Source of the DNA: Heteronotia binoei
Lineage: Eukaryota
Length of the DNA stretch: 64,000 nucleotides
Assembly (NCBI RefSeq): GCF_032191835.1
Contig: NC_083236.1
Location: 53,196,001-53,260,000 of the forward strand
Direction of reading: 5' to 3'
In this document: in pieces, positions 27,001 to 39,000 of the stretch
Layout: the number at the start of each line of letters is the position of its first letter
Position numbering within the stretch: the stretch's first letter is position 1
Notes under the pieces: model-generated
Database searches by the model: none
Told to the model about the DNA's origin: nothing
The model's input: the letters and a program-made list of their open reading frames with translations, nothing else
Made by a program: the position numbers and the translations under genes

Positions 27001-30000
27001 GATTCAGTAGAACATAAGCTAAATTCCTCACTGTATGACGAAATTTCTAAGATAACCAAAATGGTGCCTGACAGGTTGAGGGAATGTCATGAGAACTGAG
27101 GGAGATTTAGTGCACATGCACAGCTTTCAAGCTGAGGGGTGGAGTGGCCAAGAAGGTGTATTCTACATCTTGGCCTAACAGTAAGGCATGAAAGCTAGAA
27201 AGTAAAAAACAAAGCTGTGTAGCTGAGGGTGATAAAAATACATTAGAATGGCTCTGGTATATATGTGCTGATTAGTCACGGGCATGACCCGAACTATGAA
27301 TTGCAATTCATGCACAAATCGAGCCAATGTGTGAATCATTTTTAACTGCTTCTGACCATGGTGCTTCGTTTGTTTAGTCTTTGCAGTTTGTTTTCCCAGA
27401 CAGCCTGGTGCTGATTCAATCAGTTGCTAGGCAACACTGGGGGGTGGACTTCCGGGAGCCCTAGAAATACCCATAGCAGTTGTCCATACCTTCATTGGCA
27501 GTTCTGGGAGCCAGTCATGGAGCTCGCATTCTGCAGCATGAAGAGAGAAGAGTTAGTTGTGAGACCTGAAGCTGAGCTTTCCTGGGGGCACCTGCTTTGC
27601 GGGGAGGGGGCGGGGCTATAACTTGGACATGCCAAATCCAGTCTTTGCCAGACTTCGATGGCAGGTGGAAGAGAGCCTGCTGATGATAATTTCCAGTGAA
27701 TTTTACACCTAACAAACCCTGAACCAGGTCAGAAATCCAATGACTCATGAAACGAACCACCATCTCCCCCAGTTTGTGCCCATCCTTAGTGCTGACTCAC
27801 AGCATACTGATTAGTAAGCTGGTTTTGCTCTCTCACTGCAGTTTATGCCCTCCATTCCCCAAAGGAGATTTATTTGTTCACTTAAAAAAAATATTTTCCC
27901 CAGCTTTAGTCCAAGGAGTTTAGGGTAGATGGCATTGCATGATTTTCTCCCCTGCCCCCCCACCCCATGTCCTCACATCAACACTGTGAAGTAGATAGGC
28001 AGAAAGACTGATAACTATCCCAGAGTCACCCTGTGAGTTGAGTTGGGGATCACAGGCTTAGACGGTGATTGCTGTGAACCTCCAATTCCTTGGCCATGAT
28101 AAAACGATTTGTTCATTTAATGCGATTTTGCTTCCGTGTCTGGAAAGGCGTGGCAACTCATGAGCCAACGTGATGTCTGCACCAGCAGATAGTATATCCC
28201 AGATAACATTTTGCAAGGATGGGTAGAACTGGCTGTGGGAAAGTTGTTATCTGTAGAGTTAATAGTAAGAGCCAGGGGTAGAATTGTAGCAGGAGCTCCT
28301 TTGCATATTAGGCCACACACCCCTGATGTAGCCAATCCTCCAAGAGCTTACAAAAAAGAGCCTTGTAAGCTCTTGGAGGATTGGCTGCATCGGGTGTGTG
28401 GCCTAATATGCAAAGGAGCTCCTGCTAGAATTCCACCCCTGGTAAGAACTGTAGTCTTAAAAGGGTCCAAAAGTATAAAGGAGATATATTTGAGGAGGAA
28501 AAAACCCACAGATTTTTTTTTCCTTTGTGTTGTGGGGGGAAATAAAAATGTATCCATATATTTGTTTTTCACTAGATGTGAGTGTTTTATTTGAAGCCAG
28601 GAGGACTGGCTTCAAATCAGATCTGCTGGGTAGCTTTGGGCAAGCTCATAGCTTCCCTGCTATTCTTTCATCTGTGAAATGGAAGCAATATGGCTTGTCT
28701 CGCATAGTGGTTGTAAAACTGAGTGAACGTACAGCATTTTCTGCCTAACAGTGGCAATGGGCACTGTCTTTTAATTTTTGTATAGTTATAGTGCCTTCAG
28801 TGTGTCAGATGCTTTATAGAGCAGCATAATGAAAAGAAGTTTACTGTTAAAATCTGAATACATCCAGGGCAGGTTAAAAGCCTTAACAAAGTGGCAGATG
28901 CAAAGATAAAATGANNNNNNNNNNNNNNNNNNNNNNNNNNNNNNNNNNNNNNNNNNNNNNNNNNNNNNNNNNNNNNNNNNNNNNNNNNNNNNNNNNNNNN
29001 NNNNNNNNNNNNNNNNNNNNNNNNNNNNNNNNNNNNNNNNNNNNNACACTCTAAAGTGAATTTTGAAGTTCTCTCTTCCAAGATCAGGTAGCTAATGTTT
29101 CAGAATTCCAAACAGAACCATTTTCTGCCAGAGTTAAAAAATAATACTGCTGTATGATCCCCAAAGTAAATATTGGCCATCTAAAACAGAAACTTTCCAG
29201 AGTATGTAGTTTTGACTGCAACCTAAATTTTCATCTAAAAGGTTCTTGCAAGATTTACAATGGCTTTTTCTGTCCCGGACAATAAGGATATATGAGTAGA
29301 ACTGAAAATGTTGTTCTGGAGCAAAACAACAGTGTAAGCCAGTAACTCATACCACATGCACTTAGGACCCATAGAAATGACTAACCTTGGAGGTTCTTGT
29401 GTGTTCTGAAAAATACTTCCTTGACCCTCAAGCAAGCCATGCCATAATTGTTTTATTTGCTGCTTGAAATTTCATTAACATAGTCATAGTACATAGCTGC
29501 CCTTCTCTGGGTAGCCCAAGCTAACCTGCTCCTGTCAGATCTTGGAAGCTAAGCAGGGGGTCAGCCTTGGCTAGTATTTGGATGGAAGACCTTCAAGGAA
29601 TCCCAAGGTTGTGATGTGGGGGCAGGCAATGGCAAACCACCTCTAAACATAGAGAAAAGAAGAGGAAGAGAAGAAGGTGGATTGGATTGTGATCCACCCT
29701 GAACCCTTCCCTGGAAAAGGGCGGACTATAAATTGCCTAAAATAAATTAAATAAATTTATACCCTGCCCCTCACTAAGAGTCTCAAAGCAACTTACAATC
29801 TCCTTTCCCTTCCCCTCACCACAACAGACACCCTGTGAGGTAGGTGGAGCTGAAAGAACTGCTTTTAGGAGAACAGCTCTGAATGAACTTGTAACTGACT
29901 CAAGATCACACCAGAAGGTGCATGTGGGGGGGGGGGGAGAAAGGGGGGGATCAAACCCGGTTCTCCCAGATTAGAGTCCGTGCTCCTAACCACTACACTA

Positions 30001-33000
30001 AACTGGCTCCCTAAATGTACCTTGCCTTGAAAAACCTAAGGGGTCTCCATAGGTCAACTATGCCTTGACAGCAACAACAACAAAATACTCAGCTGACTAG
30101 AAAGGATTTTGAGGAGAGCGTTTTCCTGGGCCAAGGTAAATGACCCCGACTCTCCCCAGTCTAGACGCAACCGAGGGTCTCTCTTGCCTTCCTTGTATCC
30201 ATTCCCCTCCTCTCCATAATGTTACTAAAAGGGGGACATGAGTGCATTTTAAAAGTTGGCAGTATTGCAGCAGTCCAGAGTGCCCTGAATAAAGGAAGGT
30301 ATTGTTATTCATAACAGGTGGGAAAACTTCAAGGAGAACAGGCAACACAAAACATAACTATACTAACTAAATACGCTGTTAGATAGGAACATGTAATGTT
30401 ATTGTTCCTCTAAAGAAAAGTCATTTTCCTTTTGTTCATTATTAATCCTATTTGTTTTGTTAACTACTGTTATTTTTGGTTCTCCCCCCCAATGGTTTCA
30501 ATGGGAGACACATTATCAGCTATTAATTGTCTTCTGTTATGAGGATGCATCCTCCCACATTTCAGGGAGGTATAAGCTTTAATTGCTTATAAAAAAATCA
30601 TAGCAGAAATAAAAGACCTGTTTTGGTGATTGAATGTTTCCAGTACATCACCTTCATATCTCTTGATCTGTTTTGTCTGTCTCCCCCCTTACTTTGACAA
30701 CACGTATCAAAAAGAAAGATCTGTTTGACTTTGGTGATTGAATGCTCCTTGACTACTTTGATCACTCACTTAATGCTTCATGTTTGTTTTCTGTAGGATG
30801 AAGGGTTTTTTTGTAGCAGGAACTCCTTTGCATATTAGGCCACAAACACCTGATGTAGCCAATCCTTAAGGAACTTACAGGGCTCTTAGTACAGGGCCTA
30901 CTGTAAGCTCCAGGAGGATTGGCTACATCAGGGGTGTGTGGCCTAATATAAGGAGTTCCTGCTACAAAAAAAGCCCTGGGTAGGATACATTTCATTCCCA
31001 ATATTTTATGGAAATTACATAGGTATCTTTTAAGATAATTTAGCATCCGATGCGGGGGGTGATTCATAAGTCTATTTCAGTCACCTATAAATCTGGGACT
31101 TAATAGTCTATCTGTCTGGAATTTGGCAAGAATGATCCCTTTGGCAAGGGGTGTGGCCTGAGAATTTATCCCAGTTAAATAAAAACAAGTTACACCTGAA
31201 AACAAGTTTCCCATCAAAACCAACATAAACAAAATAAATGAAATTAGTTCGTTTGTTTTGAGCCCCATAAGTTATTCTTTGATTGTGAAAAAAATGCATA
31301 TCTATTGTATTACACAGAACGTCTCGAGAACACGATAATGCATCTCAAGAACATGATAGACAGGAGTCTTTTTTTTTCTTTCGATGTGCTTTTTCAAAGG
31401 AGATGATAGAGAATGGGAGGATTAAATACCAAGGGGCTAACCCATCCAGCTTCTAAGGACAGAAGCTTTTAAGATGTATATCCAGCTGCAGCCAATATTA
31501 ACAAGATTCCCATGGGCAGGTGAATCAAGAGTAAGCTTTGAAACCAGACTTCACATTATACACTTTAAAAGATTCTCCAGCTGTACTTCATAAGAGTAAA
31601 AGTTCTAGGCAGCAGAGTTTATCACTTCAGAGGTACAGGTAGACTTCTAAGGTGAGAGAAAGTTGGCTTTTTTTGCATATTAGGCCACACACCCCTGATG
31701 TAACCAGTCCTCCAAGAGCTTAAAGTAGTACCTGTAAGAAGAGCCCTGTAAGCTCCAGGAGGATTGGCTACATCAGTGGTGTGTGGCCTAATGTGCAGGA
31801 GAGTTCCTGCTACAAAGAAAGCCCTGGAGAAAGATAAATATTTGGGTTGTTTGCATTTGATGAACACCTCAACCAAGCGTTTCCCCAATCAAAGTAAACA
31901 GTGATAATTACTTTGAAATCCACTGCGTACCTGCATATCCACTGCATACCTGCCTTTCCAATAGGAGCTTGTTTTAAAAAAGGGGGGAACGTCTCATATT
32001 AAAAAAGAGCTTTCATCACAAGGTTTACCTTCGTTTAAGCATGATTTGGCACTATTTTGTTGCTGCTTTGGCTGCGCCTGTCCTAATAATCTCCTGCTTC
32101 TTTTGCATGTGTTCAAAGGCTGGTGCAGACATGTTACTGCCTGTCTCTTAGCTTTGGTTAAGACCACAGGTTGTGGCAAGATTCTGTGCTCCTCCTCACG
32201 CTAAGACTTGAACCCTGGTTAAGATTCAGCGTGGTTAAAACTGGTGCAGACATAACGACTAACCATAGTTAAAGCTAGGGCAAGGTTGGTTCAGATGGAT
32301 GAATAGAAGAGCTGGAACTCATGGGATGGGGACAGCATTATGTTTGCACTGGCTCTGAGGTTGCATGTGAAGAAATAAACCGAAACGTTGCAGAAGCGGC
32401 ATGCCTTGCCAATCAGTTGAACGCTTGGATTGGAACATAAAGTTAAATACGCCAAACATACGCTGCTCAGTTCCTAACGTTTCAGTGAATCTCCCACAAC
32501 AGCTTCCAACCCCTGCCTACTCCAAATTTCATTTCCTTGCTTTTATATATACCCCACCCCACCAAAGCCATGCTTTCCTTTTGCTATAAAATCAGCTGAA
32601 CTGGCTCCCCCCCCCCAAAAAAAAAAAAAAAAGCCTCCCAACTACCACTACGGTTGCCAGGTCCTTCCTGGCCACTGGCAGGGGATGGGTGGTGAAGAGT
32701 TGCCAGCTCCAGGTTGGAAAGCTCCTGTAAATTTGGGCTTGGAGCCTTGGGTGGACGGGACCTCAGTAGGGGTGCACTGCCATAGACTCCAACCTCTAAA
32801 ACAGGAGAGTCAAACTAATTTGTTATGAGGACCGGATCTGACATAAATGAGACATCGTCAGGCTGGGCCATGCGTGCACCTATTTAAGATTAGGTAGCAG
32901 AGATATAAACTTTATGAAGGACACAGACAAACACAAAGATTTTTTTTTCCTCCCATGAGATCCAGGAAACTGGGCAAAGGAAGCTTGGGCTCTTTCCTTC

Positions 33001-36000
33001 CTTCCCCAGGGGACCAGGAGGGGGAGGAGCCTCAGCCAATAGAAGGAAGAGAGGCTTGGCTCAGTAGCTCTGCTGTGGGATTGAGAGAGCCTGGCAAAGC
33101 AAGCTCTCCACCCCCCTTCCTCCCCAAGGGAGGAGCGTCAGCCAATGCAGAAAATAGAGGTTTTGCTCTGTAGCTCCTGTGTGATTAAGCAAGCCTTGCA
33201 AAGCAAGCTGTTATGCACAAGAAAGCAAGAGAGAGGGAGAAGAAAGCAGATGACAGCCAGTTGCTCGGGAGCCTGATAGGAGCCTTCCAGGCCGCATTCA
33301 GCCCTCGGGCCGCATGTTTGATACCCCTGCTCTAAAGCATATATTTTCTCCAGAAGAACTGCTCTCTGTAGTCTGGAGATGAGCAGTAATTCTGAGGGAT
33401 CCGCAGATCCCATCTGGAGGCTGACATTCCTAACCGTCACCAACCAAACCGAATGCAGGAACTGGAGAATACGGGGTGAGCACTGAGCTCACAGAAGACT
33501 GGAAGAGAAACCTAGCAACCCCCACAAACAGCATCATACCCCTTATAGTGGCTGGTTGAGGGGACCTCTCTTCCCTAATGCCCTAGCAGTTATCAGGAAA
33601 TATTCTCTATTTGACACCTGATCAGTTTTATTTACAAGGAATTGATGGAGGCAGGTCATGCCTTTTTCTGAATATGCATTTTCCCTTCTCATTTATCTTC
33701 CTTTGGGGATCATGCATTTATTTTGTTGTTGTTGTTGTTGTTACAGGATGCTGTCTTAATGCAAAATAACCAAGCCCTGCAAATCTGTGTTACCCATCAG
33801 TTGGCAATTTAACCTGCCACGCTAATTATCTGTCTGTCTTGATGCAGGCAGGGAGAGTTGACAACTGGGGAATATGACAGATAAGAAGCCCTGCACCGCT
33901 TGCCTGTCTCAGGTTGTAACTCTAATTGCCGCTAATATATTCCTTTAGGTGACTCTTGGGGCATTTGGCCAGGAAGAAGAAATTATATCGAATCCCTTGT
34001 CTCCTGGCGCAATTAAGAACATCATCTACAACAAGTGTAATTTGCAGGACGAGAGGGAAGCTGTTCTCCAGCAAGAGCTTGTCATTCACATTGGCTGGAT
34101 CATCTCCAACTCCCCTGAATTTTTTAACGGCATGCTGAAGATACGAGTGGGGTCAGTGAACCCATATTTTACTATATTTGTTGTGCTGTCTGAAGGTCTG
34201 GGTGGACACACCAAAAAAACACCAGGTGGCATCACTGAGGAAAGTTTTAAGAACATTAATATTTTATTCATCAAGGTTCTAAAAGCAGTGGCCTTTAACC
34301 TCAATGCTGCTGAGAGCTCATTACACCAGTGCAATGTCTTTATTTATTTATATCTTAGACTTATGTTATATCTGCCATCTCCCAGGGACAATTTGAAGTG
34401 CTGGTTTGATTCTGTAGAACCCTAAAGGGCTTAGGCCTGATGTATCTTTCACTTTGCTTCCTCCCATTTGCACCATCTCGGAGACCCACAAATGATGTCA
34501 TATACTCAGGGCTGGCTCATCCACTAGGCAAATTAGGCAATTGCCTAGGGCGCTGGCTGGGCAGGGTGCCAAATTTGGCCTTCCCCTGTGCCCCGCCTCC
34601 TAGGTAAATCCAAATTTACCTCCCCAGCCTCCTCCTCCCTCTTTCCTCATAATTTGAATGCCCAGGAAAAGGCAATGAAGCACTGCGCTCCCTGGGCTCT
34701 TTAAAGGCCGCCCCCCCACCAATCAGCTGATCAGCAGGTAAAATCGCGCTGGAGGCTGGTGGCTCCTATGCCCTCCTTCCGGTGCGCTCACTATCAGCAT
34801 GGGGGCAGCAGTGGCGGGAAGGACGAATGAGCCGCTGAAAAAGAGCGGCTGGCACCGCTGTCTCTTCCTCACTTCCTTTCCACGCAATCCAGGAAGGAAG
34901 GGGGGAGGAGGAGGCAGCGGCAGGCTCCATTATGCACTTTCCACTTCATTTTGTGAAGAGTAGCAAGTCAAAATTCTAGGAAGAAAAGCTAACGAGACTG
35001 GGACTTTTCAGATTTAGAAAGAAGGTGACTGGGGGGGGGGGAGGATGATAAAGATTTATAAAATTATGCATAGGACAGAAAAAGTGGAGGGCGAGAATTT
35101 TTAACCCCTTTCCCATAATGCTACATCTGGGGTCACCCAACGAAGGCGATGGGAGTAAATTCAGGATGGACACCAGGAAGTACTTCTGGGGAAGGAGGAG
35201 TGGGAGGCAAAAGATTTCTGTCTGCCCATCTGATGCCATTTGACCCATCCTACTATGTGCCTGGTCAGCTGCTGCAAAGTTTGGTCCAGAGGAAAATATG
35301 AGACCATGATGCTCAGTTTTGCACAAGAAAACGCAGAAGCTCTTTTTCTCAGTCACAGTATCTATTAGTGTAGGATCCCCATCTCTTTCGGCAGACCTGC
35401 AGGGCTCAGCATTGTCTCGAAAAAGTTGAGAAATTGCAGCAGTCACATATTTTGGTGATGCCCTGGTTTGCTGTGGAGATGTCTTTTTTCTCCTTTGCTG
35501 ATGTTACCTACCCTGAGCCTTTTGAATAGAGCAAACTAAGCGAGAGGGCCACTTTTGCTTGTGGATAAAGCCCCATTTACCTGGCAGGCGTCTCCTCTTA
35601 CCCCCATCAGCAGATGTTCCCCATGGCAAATCCTGTGTTATCTATGCTCTCAGGTCAGTGTTGCATTTGTGTTGTTTTCCTGATGGCATTTTAGATTGCG
35701 GCGGTATCATAACTCTATACTATAGCGCTGAAAACACAATAGAAGGTGATAAATTATGGATTACACGCTGGGGGCCAGGCCGTAGCTGCTCTGCTTGCCT
35801 GACGGGGGTGGAAACCTGAAGCGATGCACCTTCTCTCTTCGTTGTTTGATCTAAATAGCGATCTAAGGGATGCTCCACTGTGTATGGCAGCCATAATTCA
35901 CAGGCCACTTAATGCACTCCAAATGTACTTAAATTTGGCACGTCTCCATTGGCCTCAGCCGGTGATTTGTAGATTGCCATTTCACTTCTTCGGTCTTCCA

Positions 36001-39000
36001 AAGGTAAAGCTTGGGATATCCAATCGGATATATTATTGCCACGACAGTTTCAGTAATGTGCATTCCAGGATGGAGTTAAGATGCTTCCGGAGCTGCAGCC
36101 GAGGGAACATAGTGCCCAGTATGAGCATCCCAGCTGCAGTGGCGTCCTTTTACAAGACCCTAAACAAAGCTTTAAAGCAAAGTTTGTTTGTCAGCGTTTT
36201 ACAGCGCTATATTTTTCGCTCCTTCAATGGTTCTGCCTCACCACCAGTTTACCATCTTGGAACAAATTTAAATTTATTCTGCTGGGATAACAGCTTCTTC
36301 CTCCAATTTTTTTTCTTAAAGTTTCCCTAGACTTCACGCAAATGTGCTTATGCCAAACTTATCCCATAAATAGCACCCCCCCCCAGCTGTTGTGTGTTTA
36401 CTCTTTAAAACAGTTGTTTTAGATGAGAAATTGCTACCTTTTTCACTGAAACATGGTACAAATAGAAGTAAAAATAATACTCAGGCAGCATAAACAGAAA
36501 CCATTTAAGTGCATCCCAATGAAAAAAAAATGCAGGATGGCACAGTGTATTCTCAGATCTGATTTCCATGCTTTGATCTATGACATCTCTGTGGCTTCTC
36601 TGTCATAGAAGAATATATTCTCTGCATGGATCTAGTTGCTTGGCTTCGCTTCTGTGCAGCTGAGTGCACTGTGCTTCACAAGATCAGAACTGAAAGATTT
36701 TGGTTTTGCCATCCAATATCTAAAGGGAAAAAAAATCAGCTTGTCATTAAACTTCATAAACATTTTTTCAGTATGCCTTCATTCAGCAAGATGTATCCAT
36801 GAAGAGGGCTGGGTTCTAGAAACTTCTTTTAACACCTGGCCTTTTTTTTAGCAGGAACTCCTTTGCGTATTAGGCCATGCCCCCCTGATGTAGCCAGTCC
36901 TCTAAGAGTTTACAGTAGGCCCTGTACTAAGAGCCCTGTAAGCTCCAGGAGGATTGGCTACATCAGTGGTGTGTGGCCTAATATGCAAAGGAGTTCCTGC
37001 TACAACATAAGCCCTGCTTAACACTGAAATAATCCATTCTTTATTGTTTATTTCATTCATGTATACCTTGCCTTTCTCCCCTGTGGGGACCAGAAGTGGC
37101 TTAGATCATTCTCCTCTCCTCCATTTTAATCATACAACTGCCCTGTGAGGTAGGTTAGGCTGAAAGAGTGTGCCTGGCGCTGGGTCCCCTGGTGAGCTTC
37201 TAAGGCCCAAGTGGGGATTCAAACCTGGGTATCCTAGATACTTGTCCAACGCTCTTAACCACTACACCACCCTGGCTGTGTGCAGCAATGAATGTGACCC
37301 TTGTGAATCAGAGTTGAAATTACAACTGAGCCATGGACTCTGTGGGTATCCTTAAACAGGTGTCCTGTCTCTGTGGTATACTAGTTAGAGTGTTGGACTA
37401 GAATCTGGAAGACCCAAGTCTGAATCTCGTCACACACTCAGCCTTACCTGCTTCACAGGTTCATAAAGACAAACTGGAAGACAGGAGAACTAATTAAACT
37501 TCTTAGGGGAGAAGGATGTGGTAGAAATGATCCACTTTTCAGTTTCCAAGTGTGATAGAAGAGTGAAATGGAGGAAGGTATGCGAACCTCACCTGATCTT
37601 ACTTAATGGTTGCCAAATCCAAGTTGGGAAACACCTGGAGGTTGGGGAATGGAACCTGGGGGTAGTGGGGCTTGGGAAGGGGAGGGACCTCATCAGGGTA
37701 TAATGTCATAAAGAAGAAGAAGACCGTAGATTTATACCCCGCCCTTCTCTCTGAATCAGAGTTTCAGAGCAGCTTGCAATCTCCTTTATCTTCTTCCCCC
37801 ACAACAGACACCCTGTGGGGTGGGTGGGGCTGAGAGAGCTCCCACAGAAGCTGCCCTTTCAAGGACAACTCCTGCGAGAGCTATGGCTGACCCAAGGCCA
37901 TTCCGGCAGCTGCAAGTGGAGGAGTGGGGAATCAAACTCAGTTCTCCAGGATAAGAGTCTACACATTTAACCACTACACCAAAAGTCAACCCTTCAAAGC
38001 AGTCATGTACTCCAGGGGAACTGATCTGTCATCTGGAGATTCAGTGGTAATTCTGGGAGATGTCCAGGTCATACCTGGAGGCTGGCAACCCTAACTTATT
38101 TGAATGCCATCATAACGGGGCTTTGTGTCTGAGAGAGCTGTGACCACTGTAGCTTGCATGCATCGGAGGCTGGTCTCTCAAGGGACTCCTGAATGCAAAA
38201 TCTTTGGAAGTTTTGAAGCCAGGGAAAATATGGTATTCGGGGGAATGATCGAAAATGTGAAATGTATACAATTCTGTTCAAATCTGAATTTATTTTACTG
38301 CGTGAACAACATAAAGTTCATCATTTATAACTTAGTGCATAAAATTGTGCTGCTTGAGTTGGCATATTTATGGAATTGAGAAATATAAGTCTTTTTACAA
38401 GCCAAACTCTAAATATACACGGCACCTGAGAGAGAGAGCGCTGCAAACTGCTGCACCTTGTACTAGCTTTATGTCCGTATCTTAATTTTGGCAGCAGGAG
38501 ATATAGGGGGGAGAAATAGAAAGCAACTTTTGTAGTAAACAAAGGAAAAGTCCCCTGTGCAAGCACCACTCGTTTCCGACTCTGGGGTGATGCTGCTTTC
38601 ACAACGTTTTCACGGCAGACCTTTTTATGGGGTGGTTTACCATTGCCTTCCCCGGTCATTACACTTTCCCCCCAGCAAGCTGGGTACTCATTTTACCGAC
38701 CTTAGGAGGATGGAAGGCTGAGTCAACTTCGAGCCGGCTACCTGAACCAGCGGAAAGATTCCGCTGGAATCGAACTCAGGTCGTGAGGAGAGGGCTCCGA
38801 CTGCAGTACTGCAGCTTTACCACTTTGCGCCATGGGGCTCTGTAGTAAACAAAAGGGTGCATTATATGTAGAAAGAAGGTCGCAGTAGTACTAGCAGCTT
38901 GTTTGGGTTTTGAGTTAAACTTCATAACACTGAAAACACCAAGTCTTTGATAGTGTATTATTCTACATGTTATCTTAATTATGGACAACACTGATCGCAT

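Noticed and set aside
17560-33948. A third paralogous alternative exon
   Set aside because: No further ...GKQ|GT 91-nt candidate seen; the two N gaps cannot be inspected.
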